Virus record (IMG/VR): IMGVR_UViG_3300037151_000031
Location: 1 to 58,512 of that record
DNA length: 58,512 nucleotides
Direction: 5' to 3' (one strand)
DNA from: a virus
Lineage: Duplodnaviria > Caudoviricetes
Of this stretch, positions 1-7,881 are shown piece by piece. The notes beneath the pieces are model-generated. The model had not been told where the DNA came from. It saw only the letters and a program-made list of their open reading frames with translations, and made no database searches. Numbering within the stretch: the first letter of the stretch is position 1; every line of letters starts with the position of its first letter. The position numbers and the translations under genes were made by a program.

Positions 1-104
1 GTTCCTCCGCTTTGGTGTGCTGCGTTTTGGTTTACGTTTCGCGGTCATGGCTTCCGCCGCACGGCGCCTGAAACGGACCCGGACCCGTACCCGGACCCGT
101 ACCC
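1..104. repeat. 104-bp exact direct repeat of 590-693, at the window edge
   Basis: gttcctccgctttggtgtgc...cccggacccgtaccc is identical at 1-104 and 590-693; both copies run into (gtaccc)n tracts followed by cccgactggcctcgct. Confidence 0.9.
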
Positions 105-278
105 GGCCCCGTACCCGGACCCGTCCCCGTACCCGTACCCGTACCCGTCCCCGTACCCGGACCCGTACCCGTACCCGTCCCCGTACCCGGACCCGTACCC
201 GTACCCGTACCCGTACCCGTACCCGTACCCGGACCCGTACCCGGCCCCGGACCCGACTGGCCTCGCTACAGGCCCCAC
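45..278 (-). CDS. Gly-Tyr-Gly repeat protein (long copy)
   Basis: ORF made of GYGS/GYGD repeats; lies in the leftward operon and overlaps its neighbours. Confidence 0.6.
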   Translation of the reverse strand: MGPVARPVGSGAGYGSGYGYGYGYGYGYGSGYGDGYGYGSGYGDGYGYGYGDGSGYGAGYGSGYGSGSVSGAVRRKP

Positions 279-637
279 GAATCACTCACGGGAATGCAGA
301 AAACTTCGCTTGCCTCTGGCACGTCGACGTCCGAGATCTTGCGCAGATCCGCCTTCGTAGCTTTCGGGTTATCGATGACCGCCGCGAATCCTCCGCCAGG
401 CCACGAGAAGACGTGAATCGCTCGCGTTAGTCGGATCCGCCCATTCGCTCGTGTTGCGTCACCCGCGAAGATCCATCCACGGTCCACAACCAACACCACG
501 CGGCTGCCCGCGATTGGCTTTGGCGCGAAGTCCTTGCGGACATACTCTACGTCATCGATTTTGATCGTTGTCGGCTCGGCCATCTTCGTGTTCCTCCGCT
601 TTGGTGTGCTGCGTTTTGGTTTACGTTTCGCGGTCAT
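266..637 (-). CDS. conserved phage protein, DUF6948-like
   Basis: VVLVVDRGWIFAG...RAIHVFSW; this family often lies next to GYG-repeat ORFs; ATG at 637 overlaps the upstream stop (alternative start MAEPTT). Confidence 0.6.
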   Translation of the reverse strand: MTAKRKPKRSTPKRRNTKMAEPTTIKIDDVEYVRKDFAPKPIAGSRVVLVVDRGWIFAGDATRANGRIRLTRAIHVFSWPGGGFAAVIDNPKATKADLRKISDVDVPEASEVFCIPVSDSWGL

Positions 638-759
638 GGCTTCCGCCGCACGGCGCCTGAAACGGACCCGGACCCGTACCCGGACCCGTACCCGTACCCG
701 TACCCGTACCCGTACCCGACTGGCCTCGCTGCTATACTGCGGAGACTGGGGGCGGTCAC
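634..759 (-). CDS. Gly-Tyr-Gly repeat protein (short copy, 41 aa)
   Basis: GTG at 759 overlaps the upstream stop; VTAPSLRSIAARPVGYGYG...RRKP has the same C-terminus as 45-278. Confidence 0.55.
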   Translation of the reverse strand: MTAPSLRSIAARPVGYGYGYGYGYGSGYGSGSVSGAVRRKP

Positions 760-1157
760 GACTCGCCTCGCCGAAAGCCATCCGCGACGACTTCTAGGAC
801 GTCGTCCAAGATTTCGCGAATGACCTGGTGCGTGCTTGGGTCACGTCGGTGCGCGTTCAGGGCTGCGCGCACTTCAGGCGTTGGATGCTGGCTCAGTCCG
901 TAGATAGCTCCCTCCTGCACAACCGCCTCTGGGTGCCTCAGCAGCGCCAAGAGCGGTGGGATCGAGACGGTCCCATCCCGAACTCGCCCAAGCGCCTCGG
1001 CTGCCAGCGAAATAGCTCCCGGCGTCGACGCGCCCGCGAGGTCGGCGTCCGCTGCCGGAGCGCGGCCCGCGCATCCGTCCGCCTCTTGCTGCTCCGCGAG
1101 ATCGAGCTGCGCCTTCCGCCGCGATGACGCTCGGGGGCTCTGGGGGCCGCGGGTCAT
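756..1157 (-). CDS. HEAT-repeat protein
   Basis: AAEALGRV...IPPLLALLRHPEAVVQEGAIYGL is a PBS-lyase/HEAT-like pattern. Confidence 0.6.
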   Translation of the reverse strand: MTRGPQSPRASSRRKAQLDLAEQQEADGCAGRAPAADADLAGASTPGAISLAAEALGRVRDGTVSIPPLLALLRHPEAVVQEGAIYGLSQHPTPEVRAALNAHRRDPSTHQVIREILDDVLEVVADGFRRGES

Positions 1158-1172
1158 AACTTCACCCTGTGG

Positions 1173-1658
1173 TCAGAACGGGATGTCATCTTCGCCTCCA
1201 CCATCCATCTCGCTTGCGCCGTCATCGAAGAGCGGCTCTGGTGCTTGTCGCTTGGCTGCTGGCTTCGTGCGAACGCGCAGCGCCCACCCTCTTGCACGAG
1301 CCGCGTCGCGCAGGTCGTAGCCGGCGTATTTCGGGTCGGCGCCATCGCGTGGGTTCTCCGCCTTCCACTTGAGAAAGTCCGCCATCACCTCGAGGTATTG
1401 CGGCTCGGTCTGGCTGTAGCGACAGCCGGCATAGCTCTGCCCCTGCCAGCGCGGAGGATCTTTCCTGATCAGGGGGTCGCCCTTCTCGGAGTCGAGGTCG
1501 CGGTCATCGGCAACGGCATCGGAGGCCACGGCGCGGCCGGAGGCGCTTGGCTTCGTCGCGTTCGCCCCAATACCGAGATGGGCCGCGATGCGCTCGAGCA
1601 AAGCGCGGTTCTCTCGCGTTTCTTTGAGTAACGCCGCGATGGCTTCGCCGGCTGTCAT
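1173..1658 (-). CDS. hypothetical protein with SSB-like acidic tail (DDIPF)
   Basis: Ends DGGGEDDIPF; overlaps the exonuclease stop. Confidence 0.7.
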   Translation of the reverse strand: MTAGEAIAALLKETRENRALLERIAAHLGIGANATKPSASGRAVASDAVADDRDLDSEKGDPLIRKDPPRWQGQSYAGCRYSQTEPQYLEVMADFLKWKAENPRDGADPKYAGYDLRDAARARGWALRVRTKPAAKRQAPEPLFDDGASEMDGGGEDDIPF

Positions 1659-2794
1659 GCGACCCTCGAGCGGCGCGGCTTCTTCGCCTCGTAGCGCTTA
1701 TGGGTGCTCGTCTTGACTGCGCTGATGCCGGCGAGCTCCTCGCGGACGGCCTTGGCCTTCGGGCGTCCGATGGTCCTCTCCAGTGCAGCCCAGGTGACCG
1801 TATGCGTGACGGCCTCGCCTCCGCCCGCTCGTTCGAGGACGTCGAGCGCCCCGGGCACGTCGAGCGTTGGCTTCTCTGTCGTGACTTCTTGACCCGCCCA
1901 CGTGGACCCGTCCTCCAACAGGATGCCGCCGTGGGTATCGGCGAAGTCGCGGAGCTTGCTTTTGATGACTCGGCACGCCTCCTCGACAAGATCGACCGCC
2001 GTGAGACTCCATGCGGCGTGCTGCTCGCTCTCGATCTGCGCGCTGAGCTTGAAGCGGGTCAGCAATTCCGTCGGCATCGTCTGCGCCAGCGCTTCGACTG
2101 TCGCCGGACATCCGCTCCGGGCCGGGCAGTAGCGCTCTCTACACCATGGCCCCGGGCGTGGCTGCGGGTCCAGGTTCAGCTGGTTGAGCGCGTCGCGAAG
2201 AGTGTCCGCCTCGAGGTCGAGCGCAAACGCATCCAGCACGTGCACGTCGATGAGTCGCGCGTCCACCTCGTTGACGAGGATGGTGCCGACGGTGACGCTG
2301 TCGACGCCCAGCGCGCGCGCCGCAAAGAGTGCCAACGTGTGTAGCTGATGGCGCGCGTCGACTTCGTGTCCGGGCACGTCGTTCTTCGCGTCGTAGATGC
2401 CAATCGCGCCGAGTGGCGAAACGACCAGCAAGTCCGTGGTCCCGCACATCTCGTGGTCGGCAGCATTCGCATAAGCGGCGCGGCCGGTTCCGAGGACTCG
2501 TGCCGTGTCGTCGAACGACGTCCAAGCGAACGCGACTTCTGTCTCTGCTCGGCTGGGGCCGTCGCCCTTGTCGGCGCAGAGCGTCTCCATGACGGGTCGC
2601 ATCGCGACGGTCTTCGCGCGCGCGGGCTCGGACAGGAGCACGACTTCACCCGTGGCAAGCGACTCGAAGCCGCGATGCGCCTCGTGCCCTGCGTCAGCGT
2701 TTTCCGTGGAGACGTTGTCCCACGGCACATCCGGTAATGCCCAGTACTGGCACTCCGAAAACAGCGCCCGCTTGCTCGCGGTGAGCCGGACCAT
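1655..2794 (-). CDS. PD-(D/E)XK Cas4-like exonuclease (DUF2800-like)
   Basis: GTTDLL...IYDAK...HQLHTLAL core; N-terminal Cys plus C-terminal PGPWC..RYCPARSGCP; next to the recombinase. Confidence 0.75.
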   Translation of the reverse strand: MVRLTASKRALFSECQYWALPDVPWDNVSTENADAGHEAHRGFESLATGEVVLLSEPARAKTVAMRPVMETLCADKGDGPSRAETEVAFAWTSFDDTARVLGTGRAAYANAADHEMCGTTDLLVVSPLGAIGIYDAKNDVPGHEVDARHQLHTLALFAARALGVDSVTVGTILVNEVDARLIDVHVLDAFALDLEADTLRDALNQLNLDPQPRPGPWCRERYCPARSGCPATVEALAQTMPTELLTRFKLSAQIESEQHAAWSLTAVDLVEEACRVIKSKLRDFADTHGGILLEDGSTWAGQEVTTEKPTLDVPGALDVLERAGGGEAVTHTVTWAALERTIGRPKAKAVREELAGISAVKTSTHKRYEAKKPRRSRVA

Positions 2795-3727
2795 TCAATC
2801 TTCTCCGGGCTGACGGCCGGCCAGTTCTCCGGTCACCTCGTCGAACGCCGCTTCCGTCGCCGACGCCTTTTCTTCGGGCGCGACGGGCGCTGGCTCGCTG
2901 GGAGGCGGCACAGGCTGCGGCTTTCCGAGCGCCGTCTTACGCGCCACGTAGAGCGCGCGAAGGTCGCCTTGAGACGTCGGCGACAGCTTCCCTTTGGCCT
3001 TCTCAATCGCGACGCCAACGCGCGAGAGGTCCTGCGTTGTCTTGGCCTTCGCGATGCGGCCCGTGAACCCGTCGACAATCTCTCGCTCATCGGGCTCGGC
3101 GACGCCCTCAATCACGGGCTTGCTGCTCGGCTCCGCCGGCGTGACGGACACCTCGATACGCTGCGGCGGCTCGCGGTTATCGGTGAGCTCGTCGGGGTCG
3201 TACAGCCCGCCGACGACGTCAGGGTAGACGGCTCGGGCGAGCGCCATCGACGCCCGAGCGCGGAGCATCGCGGCCGGGTACGACTTCCATGTCCCCTTCC
3301 CGGTCAACCCCGCGACGGTGGCTTCCTCGATCGTGAAGCTCATCGTGGTCGGGTCTTCGCCTTTGCGCTTCGTTCGATACGTCGCGATCTTCGGCGTCGA
3401 CTCGATGAGCTGAAACTGCTCGCAGATCGGGCGCTGCTTCACAAGCCCGACGGCCAGGTCGGCGTACATCCCGATCTTGCCGTCGATGGAGAAGAGCATG
3501 CGGACCGACTGCATCGCCGTGAGGCCGAACTCACGTCCCGCGACGATGATCGTGAATGCCGCCTCGGGGGTCGTGATGCCTTTCGGGAGGATGCGCCCCG
3601 CGTGGAGGATCTTCGCTAACCGGTAGCACTCGTCGATGCTCGTCGGCTCGAAGGCGCGGCTGTCGTCGCGTAGCGAGAGTGGCGTGGGCGGCCCGTTCGT
3701 CGTCGTCGTCTGCATTGCCTGAGTCAT
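2795..3727 (-). CDS. RecT/Bet-like ssDNA annealing protein
   Basis: GREFGLTAMQS...IDGK...AGLTGKGTWKSYPAAMLRARA...YPDVVGGLYDPDE. Confidence 0.8.
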   Translation of the reverse strand: MTQAMQTTTTNGPPTPLSLRDDSRAFEPTSIDECYRLAKILHAGRILPKGITTPEAAFTIIVAGREFGLTAMQSVRMLFSIDGKIGMYADLAVGLVKQRPICEQFQLIESTPKIATYRTKRKGEDPTTMSFTIEEATVAGLTGKGTWKSYPAAMLRARASMALARAVYPDVVGGLYDPDELTDNREPPQRIEVSVTPAEPSSKPVIEGVAEPDEREIVDGFTGRIAKAKTTQDLSRVGVAIEKAKGKLSPTSQGDLRALYVARKTALGKPQPVPPPSEPAPVAPEEKASATEAAFDEVTGELAGRQPGED

Positions 3728-3945
3728 GGTGTGCCTTTCTTCTCCGTGGTGGTGTCCACGATATGTATCAAGTGTCGCGCGGCGTTGTTCAAGCGGAGCT
3801 CCGCTTCGACCGTCAGCTCGCGCCAGAAGTGCTGCTCGGCCAGATTCATCTCTTCGGCGGCTCGCGCGAAGGAGCCGCGCCCTTCCGGGTTCTCTGGTGT
3901 CCGGTACGTGAGCGGCTTCGCTCGCCTAGGATCGTCGCGAGTCAT
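3724..3945 (-). CDS. hypothetical protein
   Basis: ATGA overlaps with both neighbours. Confidence 0.6.
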   Translation of the reverse strand: MTRDDPRRAKPLTYRTPENPEGRGSFARAAEEMNLAEQHFWRELTVEAELRLNNAARHLIHIVDTTTEKKGTP

Positions 3946-4334
3946 GAGCGATCCTTATACTGGCGCTCCAGAGCGAGACTCGCGCCGAGCTCGGTCTTCA
4001 CCTGATCGACAATCGAATAGGCGAGGTTTGCTTGCCGGTTCTCGAGGAGCTGTGCGGCGAGCCGCAACCTGTCGGGCGGCGCGAGCTCGCGAATCTTGAC
4101 GGCGAGATCCTCGAGGTTGGAGCTCGGGGGCGGTATCGTGTCACTCATCGAAGATCCTTTCGCTTGCATGACGCACGTGAAGCAGTGGCCGCACGCGTCG
4201 TGATTGTCGGGACAGAAGCAACCAATCTCGCCGCACGTGGGGCACGGCGGCTCGTCATCTTGCCCGCGGTCGTCGGGCTGGTATCCGGCGTCGTCGACGT
4301 CGTGACTGTCAGCCTTCCAATCGTCGTACGTCAT
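3942..4334 (-). CDS. hypothetical Cys-rich protein, first gene of the leftward operon
   Basis: GGAGG RBS before ATG 4334; CPTCGEIGCFC...CGHCFTC. Confidence 0.55.
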   Translation of the reverse strand: MTYDDWKADSHDVDDAGYQPDDRGQDDEPPCPTCGEIGCFCPDNHDACGHCFTCVMQAKGSSMSDTIPPPSSNLEDLAVKIRELAPPDRLRLAAQLLENRQANLAYSIVDQVKTELGASLALERQYKDRS

Positions 4335-4359
4335 GAGGCAGCCTCCATCGGTGACGTCC

Positions 4360-4388
4360 ACACTACGGTGCGCGGTTTATGCCGTCAA
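4360..4388 (-). promoter_or_regulatory. leftward sigma70-type promoter
   Basis: TTGACG-N17-TAGTGT on the minus strand. Confidence 0.7.
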
Positions 4389-4443
4389 GGCATAATTGGT
4401 GATGCGCTTTCCGGTTGACACGTATACCACCACGGCATAAGCA
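4377..4443 (+). promoter_or_regulatory. two operator palindromes and rightward promoter
   Basis: TTATGCC-N5-GGCATAA (4377-4395) and GTATACC-N5-GGCATAA (4422-4440); TTGACA at 4415-4420 with TAAGCA 17 nt later. Confidence 0.6.
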
Positions 4444-4449
4444 AAAGGG

Positions 4450-4710
4450 GTGAAGTCGGTACGTTCGGGTGTGGGTTGGAGGAATCTGTCCGCGGGGGCC
4501 GCTCTACTAGGCGAGCGGTGCGACGCTGGACGTTGGGCCACCCAGGCGGAGCTCGCGGCGTCTCTCGGTGTGACGCAGTCGATCGTGAGCAGGTGGCGGA
4601 GCGGCGAGCGGCAGCCGAGCTACGCGGCTGCTGCGATCATGGAGAAGGTGCTGAAGATTCCGATGGCGTCATGGGCTGTCCCGGCGCACAAACGGCGAAG
4701 CGTGGCATAG
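4450..4710 (+). CDS. XRE/Cro-like HTH regulator
   Basis: TQAELAASLGVTQSIVSRWRSGERQPS. Confidence 0.85.
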   Translation: MKSVRSGVGWRNLSAGAALLGERCDAGRWATQAELAASLGVTQSIVSRWRSGERQPSYAAAAIMEKVLKIPMASWAVPAHKRRSVA

Positions 4711-4783
4711 GCCATCGTCCGGCGGCTCTCAACACGCTCTAGGCAGGTGGTGGGAGACCCTGGTTCGACCCCAGGGGATGGCA
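4711..4783 (+). ncRNA. tRNA-like structure (T-arm and acceptor-like stem, degenerate D and anticodon arms)
   Basis: GCCATC...GATGGC closing stem; CCTGG-TTCGACC-CCAGG T-arm; intergenic. Confidence 0.4.
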
Positions 4784-4813
4784 CGAAGGACACACTCAAC
4801 GGAGGCGACGACC

Positions 4814-5215
4814 ATGGCGACGAGAGCAGATCTGGATCGTGAGGATGAAGGGCCGAGGGCGCTGGGCGTGATCCTCGCGGAGTTTGAGCAGGGGTCGTTT
4901 CACGCGGACGCGAGCCGCGATCTGATGAAGCTGAATCTCGCGTTGCATGACCACGCAAAGCTCCGTGGCGCGGCGTCGGGCGAGATGGTTCTCACGCTCA
5001 AGTTGAAGTGTGACGACCAGGACGTCGTGACCATCGCGGCGACGTACAAGGTGAAGGCGCCGCTGGCCCCGCGCCGTTCGTCGGTCTTCTTCCTCAGTAA
5101 GGGCGGCAATCTCTCGACCCGCAACCCGAAGCAGCAGGAGCTCCCGCTGCGTGACGTCTCGGCGCCGGCGCAAGTCGATGTCCTCGACAAGCCCTCCACC
5201 CGAAAGGACCACTGA
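4814..5215 (+). CDS. conserved phage protein, usual partner of DUF2303
   Basis: GEMVLTLKLK...SVFFLSKGGNLSTRNPKQQELPL; GGAGG RBS. Confidence 0.7.
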   Translation: MATRADLDREDEGPRALGVILAEFEQGSFHADASRDLMKLNLALHDHAKLRGAASGEMVLTLKLKCDDQDVVTIAATYKVKAPLAPRRSSVFFLSKGGNLSTRNPKQQELPLRDVSAPAQVDVLDKPSTRKDH

Positions 5216-5217
5216 CC

Positions 5218-6135
5218 ATGAGCGACGACTCCAAGCGTACCGTCGGCGACGCTGATGCCATCATCGAAGCGATGCGGTCCGCGTCTCCGCTCCACAGCAT
5301 GAGCCTCGGGGCCGACACTAACGGCGTCCCGCGCGCCGTCATGATCGTCAAGCAAGGGCACGACGTCTTCGACATGAAGCCGTTCCTCGACAAGTACCTC
5401 GTGCGCCCCGAGCGTCGGAAGGGAACGGCGACGTTCACGACGCTCGCCTCGTTCATCCACCACGCGAATCGCTTCAAGGACGAGGACAGCGCCATCTTCT
5501 GCAACGACAGCCAGAGTTCCCCGGGGCTGACGTCGGTGCTCGACTACCACCAGCGCACGGCCAAGGGTCTCCCCCAGTTCGGCGAGCATCGCGGGCACTA
5601 CTCCTTCCCGCTCTCCGACGAGTGGAAGGCGTGGAAGGCGAAGAACGGCGTAGTCATGGGTCAGACGGACTTCGCCCGATTCCTCGAGGACCGCGTCGTC
5701 GACGTTGCGGACGCCGCGCGGGAAAGGCCGGACGGCTCCGCGTGGACCTGGGCGACCAAGCTCGGGCAGAAGTTCGCGTCCGCCGCCGAGCTGCTCGAAC
5801 TCTCCAAGGGGCTGCATGCGACGGTCAAGCACGAGGTCAGAAACGAGGGGAATCTCTCGACGGGCGAGAAGGCCATCTTCTTCGCGAAGTCGAACCTCGA
5901 CCCGAACGGTCAGCCGCTGGCCATCGCCTCGGCGTTCCTCATCGGCATTCCGGTCTTCAAGCTCGGGCCGCTCTATCCAATCCCGGTGAGGCTTCGTCAC
6001 AAGATCGACGAGAAGGTGACCTGGTCATTCGAACTCGCGAGGCTCGATGCCGTGTTTGAGGACGCCATCGACGGGGCGTGCTCTGAAGCCGCTTCGGCAA
6101 CCGCGCTCCCGCTTTTCCGTGGCAGCCCAGAGTGA
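5218..6135 (+). CDS. DUF2303 (YfdQ-like) protein
   Basis: PERRKGTATFTTLASF, VLDYH, SDEWKAW, QTDFARFLED, IGIPVF motifs. Confidence 0.8.
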   Translation: MSDDSKRTVGDADAIIEAMRSASPLHSMSLGADTNGVPRAVMIVKQGHDVFDMKPFLDKYLVRPERRKGTATFTTLASFIHHANRFKDEDSAIFCNDSQSSPGLTSVLDYHQRTAKGLPQFGEHRGHYSFPLSDEWKAWKAKNGVVMGQTDFARFLEDRVVDVADAARERPDGSAWTWATKLGQKFASAAELLELSKGLHATVKHEVRNEGNLSTGEKAIFFAKSNLDPNGQPLAIASAFLIGIPVFKLGPLYPIPVRLRHKIDEKVTWSFELARLDAVFEDAIDGACSEAASATALPLFRGSPE

Positions 6136-6136
6136 C

Positions 6137-6361
6137 ATGGGGTTCCTGACTCGTCGCTTCGCCATCGACACCGCCGATGGCAGAACGTTCTTCTTTTATT
6201 CAAAGAACGCGCAGACTGCTCTTGATGAGGTCCGGCGACTCCGTGTCGCCGAGCCGCTCATCGTGCGTCGAAGCGGCTACATCGACGGGCACGGCCGGCT
6301 CGTGGAGGAGGACCCTCGCGACTCCGGCCGCTTCATCGAAGACAAGCGAGTCGGCGCATGA
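6137..6361 (+). CDS. hypothetical protein
   Basis: Tightly packed operon gene. Confidence 0.5.
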   Translation: MGFLTRRFAIDTADGRTFFFYSKNAQTALDEVRRLRVAEPLIVRRSGYIDGHGRLVEEDPRDSGRFIEDKRVGA

Positions 6362-6543
6362 GCAGCGAGGCGTGCTTCGCGAGCTTCCGCGTCTCGCGCG
6401 CGAAGAGAGACCCCGACGCGGCGGCTCGGGCGGCACGTGCGTATGAGAGGCGCAGAATAGTCGAGATCATCAAGGCCGTACCCGTGCCCGGCCGAGACAT
6501 GCGCGCCGTCGTCGAGCGCATCCTCCTGGCGATTGGGGCGTGA
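6358..6543 (+). CDS. hypothetical protein
   Basis: Overlapping start and stop with neighbours. Confidence 0.5.
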   Translation: MSSEACFASFRVSRAKRDPDAAARAARAYERRRIVEIIKAVPVPGRDMRAVVERILLAIGA

Positions 6544-6722
6544 TGCGGATTGTGGCCAAGGTGCGCGGCTATCAGCGCGGCATGCACTCGGTCTTCGTTG
6601 TGGAATGCCAGACCTGCCGCCGCACGTATCAGACGACTGGAGATCGGGCCGACATCGAGCGGCGAGGGTCATGCAATGGCTGTCGGCCCAAGGCGCGCGA
6701 CGGCCGCGGGCGCTTCGCTTGA
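6540..6722 (+). CDS. small zinc-ribbon protein
   Basis: CQTC...CNGC. Confidence 0.5.
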   Translation: MMRIVAKVRGYQRGMHSVFVVECQTCRRTYQTTGDRADIERRGSCNGCRPKARDGRGRFA

Positions 6723-6787
6723 CCCGCGACGTCGAGGTCGTGCTCTGCCTGGTTTTCTTGCTCGCCTTCGTGGTCGGCCGGTGCGGC

Positions 6788-7282
6788 TCAGAAAAACGCG
6801 GCGACCAGCGCTCGGGCGGTCTTGATCCTCGAGCGCGACAAGTCGAGCCGGTGGTCGCAGTCTCGGCCCCAGGCCAGCTGCGCCAGCCGTTCGTCGACAG
6901 GGTGCCGTGCGCAGAACCGGAAGCTCTCGTGCGCAGCCGCCAGCCAGATGGGCGCTGCGGTCGCCGGGTCCATCAACTCCGCCCGCATGTCCGACACGGG
7001 ACGGCTGAGCAGCCTGGACGCGTAGTCAGGGTTCACCTCGAGGACGCCCAGGCTTGCCCCGCTGTCGCCCTTGGCGTCGGGCTGGAAGCGGCTCTCGCGC
7101 TCTGCCCAGGCAACCAGGATGGCGGCCGTCAGGGGCACGTCAGGGCCGTCTACGCCCATGAACGGGCTCGCCTCGGCAGCGGCCACGAAAGCGGCGGCTG
7201 TCTCGGGATACGAGGCTAGCCACCCGCTCCTGGGAACCAGGGAGATCATGGCAGCAAGGACCGACAGGATGAGGTTGTTCAT
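6788..7282 (-). CDS. lytic transglycosylase (SLT/lysozyme-like) with hydrophobic N-terminus
   Basis: AERESRFQPDAKGDSGASLGVLEVN resembles the ES..GLMQ signature; starts MNNLILSVLAAMISLVP. Confidence 0.65.
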   Translation of the reverse strand: MNNLILSVLAAMISLVPRSGWLASYPETAAAFVAAAEASPFMGVDGPDVPLTAAILVAWAERESRFQPDAKGDSGASLGVLEVNPDYASRLLSRPVSDMRAELMDPATAAPIWLAAAHESFRFCARHPVDERLAQLAWGRDCDHRLDLSRSRIKTARALVAAFF

Positions 7283-7330
7283 GAGCGCCCTTATACGGCA
7301 GGAATCACCCACGATCGAGGAGGGCTCGCC

Positions 7331-7561
7331 ATGAGCTACGACCCCGGAGACCCTGCAAATCCAGAGGAACGCGTCGAGGACGTGCTCAGCGCCGAGGCCA
7401 TCGCGATGCTGCCCTTCCTCCGAGGCCGTTCGAGGCACGCCAGCACCGTCGAGATGCGAAGATCCATCGCCCGACTGCTTCGCGAAAAGGGCTGGAGTTA
7501 CGAGCGGATCGGAACCGTTCTTTCACGTCATCACACAAGCGTGCTCGCACTGTTGAAGTGA
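7331..7561 (+). CDS. HTH protein (DnaA C-terminal-like)
   Basis: WSYERIGTVLSRHHTSVL resembles S..IG..F.RDHTTV. Confidence 0.65.
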   Translation: MSYDPGDPANPEERVEDVLSAEAIAMLPFLRGRSRHASTVEMRRSIARLLREKGWSYERIGTVLSRHHTSVLALLK

Positions 7562-7626
7562 TTTCGAGGTTGACCGTTCCGGATGAGGCGCGGCATAGGA
7601 AGAGCTTCGCAAAGTGGAGGAGATGG

Positions 7627-7881
7627 ATGAAGACGTTCGGTGAACGGGTGCGGGAGCGGCGTATGGCCAAGGGTCTGACGCTTCGAGCCGTCGGGGAGAA
7701 GATGGGCCTCAGCCTCACGTACATGCACGAGGTCGAGAAGGGTACCCGCGTGCTCGTCTATCAGCGCCTCCCCGAGCTCGCAGGCGCCCTCGACCTGCCC
7801 TTCGGTACAGTGCTCGACTGGGCAGGCCTGTGCAGGCAATGCCACGGCTCGGGGAAGTCTCACCTGGTGGCTGTGGCGTGA
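7627..7881 (+). CDS. XRE-family HTH regulator
   Basis: FGERVRERRMAKGLTLRAVGEKMGLSLTYMHEVEKG. Confidence 0.85.
   Translation: MKTFGERVRERRMAKGLTLRAVGEKMGLSLTYMHEVEKGTRVLVYQRLPELAGALDLPFGTVLDWAGLCRQCHGSGKSHLVAVA

Noticed and set aside
17-797. (RT)n and (RV)n ORFs
   Set aside because: Shadow frames of the GYG hexamer repeats.
4711-4783. Functional amber-suppressor tRNA (CTA)
   Set aside because: The stem around CTCTAGG has two mismatches in five pairs and there is no D-arm; TAG is also used as a normal stop in this genome.
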